DNA of 63,231 bases, counting the filler, from Basidiobolus ranarum (taxonomy: Eukaryota), in NCBI GenBank assembly GCA_040143965.1. It is 25 parts of 25 records of this genome, joined end to end, with 100 filler letters (N's around TTAATTAATTAA, not from the genome) between each part and the next. Parts side by side here need not be neighbours in the genome. Positions count along the whole stretch, not along the records: positions 1 to 2,445 come from JASJQH010010207.1; positions 2,546 to 4,988 come from JASJQH010010208.1; positions 5,089 to 7,531 come from JASJQH010010209.1; positions 7,632 to 10,073 come from JASJQH010010210.1; positions 10,174 to 12,613 come from JASJQH010010211.1; 20 more parts are not named here. One strand, written 5' to 3'. Below, one piece after another: positions 1 to 11,678 of the stretch. The notes below the pieces were generated by a model, which did no database searches, was not told the origin of the DNA, and saw only the letters and a program-made list of their open reading frames with translations. Each line of letters begins with the position of its first letter. The first letter of the stretch is position 1. The position numbers and the translations under genes are program-made.

Positions 1-234
1 ATGATCAGGTGACCTTCCATGGAAGGTCTTGGCAGAAATACACTATGTGTGGGATGACAAGATTGGTTAGGTTTCATGGAATGTTCCAAAGAACATGACT
101 TCCATATAAGGTAATCTGGATGAACTGACGCCAGATTGCCAAGAAGGGATGGCACAGTAGATATGATGTCATAATCTAATAGTAGAAGAGTTCTATTTGC
201 AGTGGATCAGTATGCCGAGATCAGAATCATGACA
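1..234 (-). mobile_element. Partial LTR of a Ty3/Gypsy family (LTR-C)
   Basis: Near-identical to 45715-45948 and the reverse complement of the start of the full LTR at 52170; shares the ...ATCATGACA terminus. Confidence 0.8.
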
Positions 235-520
235 GTATGTCTCTCTTCTTTATCCATTCATTCAAAAAATCTTTGCTTAAACGGCCAGTTCTTTTACAGT
301 AATCACAGAATCTGTTACTTCTCTTCTTTAAATTCTTTAGTCCTCTATAGGAAGGTTTCCTATAGCCTTTTAAAGCATTTTCTACTTTCTTTGGTTGCAT
401 CCTGCTTTGGATAAATCTTCAGATTTTTCTGAATTCTTCTGGTTGGATCCTAACTTACATAAATCTTGATCCAGAGGTCTGCCAAATATCTAATTCAATG
501 TCATAATTTTAGTTGTGGAT
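235..520 (-). mobile_element. Degenerate retroelement gag remnant
   Basis: Minus strand reads RFCDYCKRTGRLSKDF, a decayed CCHC zinc knuckle; the region is CpG-poor. Confidence 0.4.
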
Positions 521-530
521 TCTAGAGCCA

Positions 531-1940
531 CTACAAGATTATGAAACTTGTGTGGCAGGCTGTGCAAGACTGTAACTGTGATATCATGATCATTAGTAGG
601 TACTCAAATGAATTCGCAAACAAAAATAAAATTGATTTGATCTGGACTAGATCCACCTTTCTAAAGTGCAAAACCATCCAAGAACCATTGCAAAATTGGT
701 GGCTTACATTCTGCCAGCCATTTTGATGGTGTGATGGCAGTTTTGTGATAGTATTTTGATGGTATTCATACATGTTAAAATATTGATCCTCATATTTGGC
801 ATGTGGTATTAATATCCAGCAATTTTTGCAAAATTACAATTTTGAAATGGCATATTACTGGGTTTGCTGCTGTAGAAATTTGAATTAATATGCATGCCTT
901 TATTTAGATATTTTTGGCTTTGTATTGCAGCCATAATGAGAATCAAAAAAAGCAAGAATCTCATTGTGTTTAGTCTCTTTATATGCACATACTTGACTGA
1001 TCAGACATAACTCTACAACATCAATATGCTTTACCAGCAAACTAATGTTGGATAAATTGCTAAGCATCTGAGATTTTGAATAGTACTGACACTTGGCAAT
1101 TAGCCGACTCTTGTTGACATTCACTATGAGAATAAGCTCTTGGATTTTGGCAAATTTCTGTAAAGAATTCAGACAATATATGCCCAACTTGTAGTTAATA
1201 AATATCTTGCCACAAGTAGATGTGTCATTGCTTGAATTGATTACCCTATGGCTAAAACAATAATACACCATATCTCAATCTATTTCATCAAGAAGTCTGT
1301 CTTGCAGCTTTCCTAGATATACTCTCAGATTATTACACAAACAAATTAGTTGGAATAATGGAGGTAGTTACTCTATGTCCATAGATTGAGCTTTGTTGCT
1401 GTAAATGTGTTCAAACAATGTGAAAACCTATCAGCAAATTGTAAAGAGCCTTTTGTTGGAAGGTTAATATATTCTGGAGTCTCCTTAACTCATTGCATGA
1501 CTTCCATCGCTGATTTTGCTGATACATTCTTGCTCAGTTTAGCATTTGTTATTACTGGAAATTTCACATGAAGCATCAATTCACTACATGTGTGCTCCGT
1601 TGGGAACTCCCAGAATGTATAGCAAGGGCATATAATCTCTAAACATTGTGAAAGATGCAGCAGGGAATGTATTGAATACTGGCATGGATTCAGTCTATCT
1701 TCTTTAAACCTGTAATAAAGTTCTTCATATCCAATTACAAAATCTTGGTACAGTTGCTGTAACTGACTGAGATCTGCCAATATGGGTTGATGCCATAAGA
1801 ATATATTAACAATATCCACAAACAACTCTCATTGTTGCCAATATTTATCAGGCAGAAATCTTTTCAAATTCCGCTTGAATATATACAAATCCAATACTTC
1901 CAGTCTTTGCATTTGAATACATTCCTAGATGAGTGGATAT
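531..1940 (-). mobile_element. CACTA/En-Spm-like (Transposase_21/Tnp2) element, degenerate 3' part
   Basis: ORF 1490-1825 has IHSLLHLSQCLEIICPCYTFWEFPTEHTC, matching the Tnp2 HxxxHL...GP..xWxFPxER motif; homologous to 13050-14450. Confidence 0.75.
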
Positions 1941-2445
1941 AACGGGGAAAATATGGGCTGTTTGGAGGAACTTTTCAAAGGTGGAGTTGTGAATTGCTTT
2001 GTAAGATGATTATTTATTGTCCAGAAATAAAGCATTCATACATTTTGGTGGAAATACAGAAAACTAACACTGAGGTTATGTTCAGAGCAAATGTGGGAGT
2101 AAAATGAGCTATCTTTGGGGCCATTTGGATGCGTTTGAAATTTGCAATATGGAATTGCTAATTCTTACATGATTCACATATATATTTAATATATGTTCCA
2201 ATTGTCAGTTAAGTGATATTTGACTCAGTAATGTTAACTAACTTATATGTGATATATGAAATACTTAGGTGTAAAAGATGGAGATAACAAATATGATAAA
2301 GACAATAAACTTTAACACTCCCACTCAACTAAATATTCATATATCTTAATCCTAACTTAAATCTTAATTCTTCAAATCTTGGCTTGGGTAATGGTTTGAT
2401 AAGGATGCCAGCAAGCATGTCCTCAGTTGGACAGTACTGTAGTCA
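1941..2445 (-). mobile_element. Ty1/Copia 3' end: RNase H tail, polypurine tract and 3' LTR (LTR-A, ~1941-2317)
   Basis: Minus strand reads LQYCPTEDMLAGILIKPLPKPRFEELR, then PPT GAGTGGGAG directly followed by TGTTAAAG; inserted into the CACTA-like element. Confidence 0.85.
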
Positions 2446-2545
2446 NNNNNNNNNNNNNNNNNNNNNNNNNNNNNNNNNNNNNNNNNNNNTTAATTAATTA
2501 ANNNNNNNNNNNNNNNNNNNNNNNNNNNNNNNNNNNNNNNNNNNN
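2446..2545. other. Artificial contig linker (first of 24): 44 N + TTAATTAATTAA + 44 N
   Basis: The same 100-bp spacer recurs about every 2.53 kb, and TTAATTAATTAA gives stops in all six frames. Contig lengths never increase: 1-2445, 2546-4988, 5089-7531 ... 60809-63231. Confidence 0.98.
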
Positions 2546-4988
2546 TTATGCTGAATGAGGTAAATATACCAATAGAAGAAAATGTATCATCATAGTCAGT
2601 GCCATGTTTCTGAGCATAGCCTTTTACTACCAATCTTGCTTTGTACTGGTTGATAGATCCTTCTGAGTTAAGTTTCAGCTTCAGCACCCAGCTATTACCA
2701 TCAGTTTTTCTTGCAGTAGGTAAGTCCACAAGGATGCATGTGTTATTCTTGATTAGGGAGTGGATTTCATCATCAGTGGCTTTTCTCCAGTCTGTTGCTT
2801 CATCAGATTTCAGAGCTTGTGTCAAGTTTTCTGGTTCAAAAAATGTTATATGTGCAGATATATTCCACCCTTTTTCTAAATTGAAGCTTTTGATTGCATA
2901 CTGTGATTTGACACATCCAAAGTCCTTGGTATAATGGTCAGATGTTTCACTTACATGATGTTTCTGATTTCCACTTGGTAGGAATTCTGAGACCTGATTG
3001 CCTGAATTTATGATTGATGGCATACTTCCAATAATTGATTGCATCCAATATTAGCCAAATTGAGAGTAGGATATTTCTTAGATATGTGATTTGTCAGAAA
3101 ACTATTGTCTTCTTTCTGAGCCCAATTTCCTAACTCCTGATTGCCTGAGAAAATATCCTTTTTCTGATTACCATGTTTTTCATTGGCAGAGATAATATGC
3201 TGATATCCAGAAGCTGGTTCCAAATTATCAGTATCCTTAGAGTAATTATTAGGTTTGCTGTTATGAATTGGTGCATTTCCAGTGCCACCTAATGTTTCAC
3301 TACTTGTATAGTTGCTTGATTCCAGAATATCATATGATAGTTTGTTATCCCTGGTTTCAGTACTCATAGTGAAGTTTGAGATAGGATTATTGCCTGTTGG
3401 TTTTCTGATAGGAATATTCATCACAGGGATTGGTAATAATTTGAGCTTTGTCATATATTCATTAGTGGCTGATGTTTTAGACCTTGTCCTAGATGTGATA
3501 TTTTCTAAATTTGAATAATGTTGATAGATAGTTTCAGATTCCAAATTTGGCCTAATTCCAGTATCTATTTCCAATGTATCATTTTCCAAGTTGGTTTCAG
3601 TACTTATTAGCTCAAGATTGGTTTCAGAACTTGTTAACTCAGAATTTGAGTTATTAAGAAATTGATTTTCAGCCAAAATCAAATTTGCTTCATTAGAAGA
3701 TTTGAGATTTTCTTCAATGAATATAGTATTTCTGGAGTTGATGTTTTGATTTGTGCCAGCAATTAGGAGATGGTAGCCTTTGTTCTGAAATCCTAATAGG
3801 ATATAGTTAATTGCCTTTTTGTCCAATTTCCTATGCTGAGGTTTAGGAATATGAGCATATACTATTAATCCAAAAATTCTGAGATGATTCAGATTAGGCT
3901 TGTTTCAAGGCCAGATTTCAATAGAAGTTTTAGAGTCATGGTTGCTATGTGTTGGACTTCCATTTTGGAGATATGTAGCTGTTAAAATAGCTTCACCCCA
4001 ATAGGTCTTAGGCAGATCTGAATCAAGCAGCATTGTATTTGCTTTCTGTACTAAAGTCCTATTCATCCTTTCTACAATCCCATTTTGTTCTGCACTATAT
4101 GGAATAGTAAATTGCTGCTGAATTCCCTTTTCTTGACAAACACTAGTCATGGCTTCATTGTTAAATTCTGTTCCCTTATCACTGTATAAGTATTTGACTT
4201 TTCTTCCTGTGATGGTTGTGACTATTGCTTCATATATCTTAATATATTGAAACACTTCCCCTTTGCTCAACAGAAGTTATGAAACTATGATGTGAGATTT
4301 ATCATCAATATAGATGAGTAAATATTGTTGCTTACTTAATGTGAGAGTTTCTATTGGGCCACATAAGTGTGCATGAATAAGATTCAATAAATCCTTGGCT
4401 TTGCTAGCTCCTTTTTTGGAAATGGTTTTCTGGTGATTTTCCCTTGAATACAGATTTCACATTTAGTAATATCTGAGGGCTTAAGATCTATTCCAGTACA
4501 TAGGCTATTTTTATATAATAGTTTCACACTATTATAGCTTAGATGACCCAAGCTCTGATGCCAAGTCATCAAGTTTCCAGAAGTAATTGCTGTAAAGCTA
4601 GACACCATCTCAGTTATTGGTGCAATATCCAGGTGATATATATTCCCAGTTCTTGTTCCAGTTGTTACAATCAAGTCCTTTGATTTGTATATGGTTGCTT
4701 TTCCTTGGCTGAATTTGACATCCTAGTGTTTCTTTTCCATTGCTCCAATTGAAAACAGATTTGTTGTAAATGATGGAATATATAAGACATCTGCCAAGTT
4801 CACTATTACATTTTTGGTTTTACTTATTTGTAAGTCAAGTGTAACCTTCCCCATTTTATATGCAACCAGATTGTTTCTTCCAGCTACTGTGATGTCTAGA
4901 GGTTCTATTTCCTTATAGTCATGCATTATGTTTCTATTGTGACACATATGATCACTTGCACCAGAATCTAGAATCCATACATCAGCAG
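2546..4988 (-). mobile_element. Ty1/Copia pol, degenerate (protease, GAG-pre-integrase, integrase, RT)
   Basis: WILDSGASDHMC protease; WHQSLGH and CEICIQGK; integrase SDKGTEF...EQNGIVERMNRTL; RT YKARLVVKGYAQ. Integrase precedes RT (Copia order). Frameshifts present. Confidence 0.93.
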
Positions 4989-6019
4989 NNNNNNNNNNNN
5001 NNNNNNNNNNNNNNNNNNNNNNNNNNNNNNNNTTAATTAATTAANNNNNNNNNNNNNNNNNNNNNNNNNNNNNNNNNNNNNNNNNNNNGCCATGCAACAG
5101 AGGTCATGGCGGCCAGTCAAAAGAGATGAAGCTTCTACCGTGGTTGAAGAAGCAATAACTGTCAAGCACAAACCTCAAGTGAGACATTCTGGGTCAACAC
5201 GTAGAGCTGCGCGCCAGCAGCAATGGCTGGTTGACCCATTAAGTGAAGGCTCCATATCTGAAGAAGAGACTGTAGATACAAACAAACTGCAAACTAGACC
5301 AAACCAGCCAACGCATACCACAGCGCATTGACCTCAAGCCACAACTCATGCTGGCCGAGGTAGAGGAACTTGAGCAGGATTGAACGGACTAACTCAGTGC
5401 AGAGGTTCAAGCAAAGTTCCTTCCATGGAAATATCAAGGAGACAACAAAAGTAACAGAAGCAAATCAGCATGTACTGCTTCAAACCTAGGCAACTGCTGA
5501 ATACTCTTGTTAATACTTACATTATCCTATCTTTACTGTTTAGTGCTTCATGCAAAATCAATATGGATTGCAGTTAAATACAGCATAAATTGCTTTACTT
5601 AGATCACACTTGCCAATGTGTTTATGAAACACTGACAGTGTGAAATCGTCATATATCAAAAAAATCGATGATAGCCTATTAATACAAGCAATTTCACTAC
5701 AATCAAATGAAAAATGTCTGTCAATAAAAAGCTTGAGCAGCCGTATTGGCTTGATATGGCTCAATCCATTCACATTTTCACCCAATTAGAAGCTTACATG
5801 ATTGAATAAATAATTTGCTGATCTAAAAATGATGAATCAAGCAATCCTGATCACTACTATCATACTGCAGATTGATCTATCATTGAGTGCTGTGATTTGT
5901 CACCAGTGTGCCAAAGCTACTGGTGTTTTGTAATGCAGGAGCTGTTGTGCCCCATTGAAAAGCAGGATACTGTGTTAGTGAGGGACAAATGATTGGCCTA
6001 AAAACATGTGAATGTCTTG

Positions 6020-6352
6020 GTTATACATTTGATTGGGTAAGTTACAGTATGAGTTCTTTATTGTTACACATTCAGTAATTTGTAAGTTACAAACTAGGGG
6101 ATGAATTTACTTTGTCAGTTACCCAAAATTGTAATTTGGCAATACTAAATTGGGTAACTTGGTACGGGCTGGCATGATATCTCCAAAAAAAACATTGTGT
6201 TCAATTGTGGTGGGATAGTGCCAAATTGCTCCTTATAGTGTCCAATTGAGTGTTATAGGACCCAGCCATGGTAATTGACAGATAGCGCCAGATGGTGTAC
6301 TAGCACGCTGGTTCAAGCTGCATGCTCTGACCTGGTCCAATGGAACAAGTCT
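6020..6352. mobile_element. End of a TIR-type element (family E)
   Basis: Homologous to 12714-13045; ends in CAATGGAACAAGTCTA, with the same end at ~35709 and ~57513. Confidence 0.6.
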
Positions 6353-6473
6353 ATTATTCACATATATATTAAATGTTCAATTTTCAGTTGTGATATTTTA
6401 TATGTGATATATGACATAGTTAGGTGTATAAAGATAGAGATAACAAATAAGGTAAAGAAAATAAACTTCAACA
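6353..6473 (-). mobile_element. LTR-A fragment (Copia)
   Basis: Matches 2170-2317, 47030-47121 and 50710-50816; ends ...AATAAACTTCAACA. Confidence 0.75.
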
Positions 6474-7531
6474 ATTGTTGTCACAAATTCTTGTGCTATG
6501 ACAACCAGAGGCTTCATAGAGAAAGTAATCACAAGCATGGTCACTATACAAAGCCACCAGCGGCACAAAGCCTGGTGAATTTCAACAGTAATAAGTGCAT
6601 AAATTCAACTTTAGTTTAGCCCACTGAGTCCACTGACTGTTCTTTCCCTCAAAGTTTTGGTAATAATGCCACAAGTCAAGTTACCATCAAGTTACCACTG
6701 TTATATCACCAGAGTGTTGTAGATAGAAATGCAACTTTGGTCAAACCAGTAGGTCCAGACAACTTTGAGGGCATGCTGCTAGATGTTGACTTTGGTTATT
6801 CCGGTACTGATGGTAGTATATCAGAAGTTGAAGAAGACACCAATTTTGTTATGGACTCTTTGTTATCAGCAAGCATTTATCCACTCAAAACACTTACACC
6901 ATTGCAAAAATAATATGAATTTGATCCGGATTGGATTCACCCTCCAAAAAAGCAAAACTGTCAGATAACCGTCACAGTATTGCTGGCTTGCATTCTGCCA
7001 GGGATTTTGATGGTGTGATGGTGGTTTCTTGACACATACTTGACTGATTAGACATAACTCACCAACATCAATGTACTTTACCAGCAAACTAATGGTGGAA
7101 AAATTGTTAAACATCTGAAATTTTGAATAGCACTGACACTTGACAAATTGCTGACTCTTGTTACTATGCACAATGAGAATAAGCTCTTGGATTTTGGCAA
7201 ATTTCAGTAAAGAATTTAACCAACATATCCCCAACTTGCAGTTAACAAATGTCCTGCCACAAGTAGATGTGACACTGATTGAATAGATTACCCCATGGCT
7301 AAAATAATAAACTGCATATCTTGATCTATCTCACCAAGAAGTCTGTCTTGCAGCTTTCCTAGAAATACCTTCAGATTAAAGTTGATTAAAATTATTGGCA
7401 AGCAAGCCTTTCCAACGGTGTATTTGTTTAGTGAGAAACCATCCAGAGCCAATGCAAATGCATGATCATATATGTTCTCAAAGAAACCTTGACTTTTCAG
7501 ATTCTGGTAGTGATATCCATCAAGTATATTG
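6474..7531. mobile_element. Rearranged CACTA-like fragments in both orientations
   Basis: 6474-6890 matches 36480-36900 on the plus strand; 6900-7531 matches the minus-strand pieces at 610-1330 and 53310-53445. Confidence 0.75.
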
Positions 7532-7631
7532 NNNNNNNNNNNNNNNNNNNNNNNNNNNNNNNNNNNNNNNNNNNNTTAATTAATTAANNNNNNNNNNNNN
7601 NNNNNNNNNNNNNNNNNNNNNNNNNNNNNNN

Positions 7632-8398
7632 GATCCCATGTATACAGGGGCTGTTCGTTGGGCTATTGCTGCAACCGCACTCTGCTCAACTTTCCTAGGG
7701 ACAGCTATTACCCTGAATCTGCAATTGATTTTCTTACACAATAAGCAGATTACCCACTATTACGAGTACTACTATGTTCTAGGGTCATTCTTTTTAGCTT
7801 TGGCCATCGTACTGCCTCGGCGATACTTCGCGTTCACTTCTCTTCGATGGTTTTACCAGTCACAGTGACTGTCTCCTCTGTATATTGCCTTATTGTAGTT
7901 ATTCTTATATGCTGTCGACTTTATAAAGCCTCGAGAGACATTCAACTCAAGCCTAATTGTATACTCAGCGATCAGGTCATTAGGAAGGCTACAATACGTA
8001 TTTTGTTATACCCTTCCGTACTGATCATATCTCAGCTTCCTTTCTCTATCGCCTTTGCCATGACAAGACTAGGAAATACTGATACCTCTACCGATGTGGG
8101 GATGTATACCATGAGCATCCAGGGAATACTTAATACTATTGCCTTCACTTTTGATCCAGCTTTCGGGATTATATACAAATCCATTGAGAATGACCTCATT
8201 ATAAGATACTACCTTAACGAGAGTTATCTGAGCCAGGAAAAGCCTCTACCTACTTTCATTATGTGGTTCGTTAAGAAATATCTAGTTCCCGAAAAGAGTC
8301 AACAAGTAAAGAAACACGAACAGCTCACCATCACCATATCTGAAAAGCGAGGCTCCGATAGTAATAATATATCCGGAGAGATCCTTAGAATGATATAG
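7632..8398 (+). pseudogene. 7-TM GPCR-like gene (Git3/cAMP-receptor-like), 5'-partial and frameshifted
   Basis: Hydrophobic helices AITLNLQLIFLH, RILLYPSVLIISQLP and QGILNTIAFTFDPA; two ORFs overlap out of frame at ~7847-7868 and the loop between them looks shortened. Confidence 0.55.
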
Positions 8399-9661
8399 TA
8401 GAATTTATATACTTAATAAAATATACCTTCCTTTGCAGTGAGACCACTGCATTTCCTAGTATTATGGTGTTTCAAAATATACAATGAAGAGCACTTGGGT
8501 GCTTACAATTCGTAAAATTATCACCATGGTCCATAGATACAGTACTATACTAACCTCAACCACTAAATGCTACACCATTAAAGAGGAATAACTTCAAATC
8601 GAAGTAGTCTTTCATAGAGGTTGAACAGGGGCGAACAAAGTTTATAAAGTCGTTTGGCTTGGAACGATTTCTTTCACTCCATTCAGGAGTTCTCTTCTTC
8701 AGTATTACTAGGAGATATCCTTTGTAGAAGCTAATCCCTTTTTTTCAGAGAAATGATCTTTATCCTCAAAAATCTCTTTACAAGGCCGATAAGGCGATAG
8801 ATTGTGTTGGAAAAAAAACTCAAGATATGGACACCTAAGTTCGATATGACTGCCACTGACACTAGTGCGGCAAGTCCACGTTCTGTCACACATGAACGCT
8901 CAAATATCCTTTTATCAACTATCTCGTGCCCAGATCTAGTAGCTTGACTGGTCAAACGACGTTAAGTCTCGTGATATAAGAGCACTAAAATCCATTCTCG
9001 GCAGCTGTGACATCAATAATACTTAATATTACCTACTATTATTCTTTCTCTTCACTTATTCAATCAAACCGGGTGATCTCAGATATTGTCAATCCAAATC
9101 ATTCGAAGAAAACCTATTTTACCTGTTGGCGCTGTGAATATTTTGTATATCGCCGATCATTGTTGTGTAGCTGTCACAAAACGTATCAATCAAAAATTGA
9201 TGAAAAGCCTACTTAAAAAACTACTCTTTCTACTTAAATCTACTCTCAAAACTCATATTAGTCCAGATCTGTTCTACTAATTTCTCCTTTTATTATCATT
9301 TATACTCATCGCAGTGACTTTCAACCAACTGCCATGCTTCTTTAACCTATGTATTTGGAAAAAAAAGACAAACTAGTATTTCAATGTGATTTTCTTTCAT
9401 TTCATAAAGAATTTCTCTGCTCAGGCCAGAGAGGCTTGATATTTCTACAAAAACTTGCCTGATTTCCTATTGGGTTTCCATCTTGAGATATACTCAATGG
9501 AGGAATCAAAATGAGTAACAAAAAGCTGCTAAATATTTATCTATACTGTGGAATGTATATATACAGCTTGTTGATAGCATGATGGATATTCTTTAAGCCA
9601 TGAATTCAGTGCATTATAGGAGAAATTATGCTTTTTAGTAATAACATGGTGATGAATCCCC

Positions 9662-10073
9662 TGTTAAAGTATTTTAGGAGCCTGTTGGAAGTGAATTGGA
9701 GAACTAGAGAAATTGTTAGTTTTCACTTATTGATTTATTCAGTATTCAGTTAACACTTATAGTTTTGTCTATTGAAATTAGCATTGCCTAAACACCTATA
9801 TAGTAATATATAGCTTAGTACTTAGTTATCTTATAATTCAATGATACTATCTATTATTCTCATAAGGAATGTACTTGGAATATTTTTACCAACTTAGAAG
9901 TTCTCAGATATATAGATGCTTCAAACTTGTGCTAGAAGCCTCAAACTTTGCACACATGTTCCTAGTGTTAAAGTATTTGGGAGCCTGTTGGAAGTGGTTT
10001 GGAGAATTAGAGGAATTGGTGGTTTTCACTTATTGATTTATTGAGTAGAAAGTTGACATTTATAGTTTTGTCA
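9662..10073 (+). mobile_element. Two adjacent or nested copies of foldback/MITE-like family B
   Basis: Both start TGTTAAAGTATTT(T/G)...GAGCCTGTTGGAAGTG (9662 and ~9966); homologous to 10774-11192, 48183-48322 and 63025-63231. Confidence 0.7.
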
Positions 10074-10173
10074 NNNNNNNNNNNNNNNNNNNNNNNNNNN
10101 NNNNNNNNNNNNNNNNNTTAATTAATTAANNNNNNNNNNNNNNNNNNNNNNNNNNNNNNNNNNNNNNNNNNNN

Positions 10174-10741
10174 ACTTTATATCCTCTGTTATTGTCTTTA
10201 TGGCTGCCCTAATCTCTTTCTTGCTCCCCCCATTCCTCTTAATTTTGCTTTCCAGCATCTTGATATTTTTGTTCTTATTCAAGAGCAATTTAAGAAACAT
10301 TCTAACTTTGGTTCCAAATTGAAATTTGATCCTATTCCAACAAGCAGTGACTTTTTTTGCTACTTCATAAGAAGCTATCTGATGCGCATACTTCATGTTG
10401 ACTGGTTTGCAAGAGCAGCACTGAAAGTACTTATCCCAATACTTGATTGTTAGAACTTTGTAGGCTCTTGATTCTGTCAAAGCTTTCTATTTGCCTGGCT
10501 GGTAGATATCGAGGAGTGATATAAACAGACTTCTTTAAAAAAGTCAACATTAATGTAATCCTCCAAAGAAACTCAGAATTATTTTCCAGCTCATGATTAA
10601 AGATGAACTTCAAAAAGGAAAATGTATATGACACAAGGGTATGAATGTTAGCTACAAGTGACATGAGTTGTGGAACATATTGTTGCTTCTACTCAATACC
10701 AGCAATTGAGCTTTTGACTGATATAATATTTAGAAGTGATT
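10174..10741 (-). pseudogene. N-terminal fragment of a Fanzor1-like (TnpB-derived) transposon protein, degenerate
   Basis: IISVKSSIAGIE*K, IHTLVSYTFSFLKFIF, YINVDFFKEV and KYAHQIASYEVAKKVTACWNRIKFQFGTKVRMFL resemble, from recall, the N-terminal region of zygomycete Fanzor-type proteins. Contains a stop and frameshifts. Confidence 0.5.
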
Positions 10742-10773
10742 CTATAAAGAGAAGAGAAAAAGTGAATTGACTT

Positions 10774-11192
10774 CAGAGCTTGGGGCTTCAAGCATTGGTT
10801 TGAAAAATCTGTATATCTGAGAACTTCTGAGTTGGTAAAAATATTCTAAGTAAATTCCAATTGACAATAATGGATAATATCCTAGTTCAATATAAGATAA
10901 CTAAGTACTAAGCTATATATGACTATATGGGTGTTTAGGCTATGCTAATCTCAGTAATATCATGGTTGGAACATGGCCAGATATATATATTCTGTGGGCA
11001 AACCTGTGCCAGAAGCCACAAACTCTGCACACATGCTTCTGGGACCCTCCTTAACACATTCTACACATTAGTTTGTTTACATCTTGACAAAACTATAAAT
11101 GTCAACTTTCTACTCAAGAAATCAATAAGTGAAAACCACTAATTTCTCTAATTCTCCAAACCACTTCCAACAGGTTCCCAAATATTTTAACA
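10774..11192 (-). mobile_element. Foldback/MITE-like family B copy
   Basis: Arm 10999-11192 ends TTTTAACA; a partial inverted arm lies at ~10774-10802. Confidence 0.7.
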
Positions 11193-11678
11193 AGGTAGTT
11201 GCTTAGTTCAGCTGGATTTGACATATTCATTTGTGACAAGGTGCAGATTGGTGGCCTAGGCACACGAATGAATGCTAACATGAGATTGTGGTGAGTATTT
11301 AATTAATAATTGCAAATGATGGCATTCTGTCTATATGCATATGATTAACAAACAAAAGCGCCCACTGCTCTATATTTTCACATTCCTCTTCATTTTTCCT
11401 TACTTGCTGGTTGGCTAGTAATATAACAGTCATTTATACGTATATGAGTTCGTGCTTGAGCCGTAACCCAGATTTGTGTTTACAAGTTGAAATCAATCAC
11501 TTTTCCATCATCAAATAGAATAGTCCAAACCGTGCTATATCTATCATTCCGTTCATGCCCTTGATTTCTCATCGATTGGGACCATACTGAGATTCTATTT
11601 CAAGCAGTTGGACAATGTGAGGAAAGGCGGGGAATCATACATAAAGAGTATAGTTGCATGAGCTTTCATTATTCAAAA

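Noticed and set aside
2490-2501. ORFs ending in X-runs or ...LIN, and the periodic TTAATTAATTAA as a repeat or CRISPR array
   Set aside because: These are artefacts of the assembly linker.
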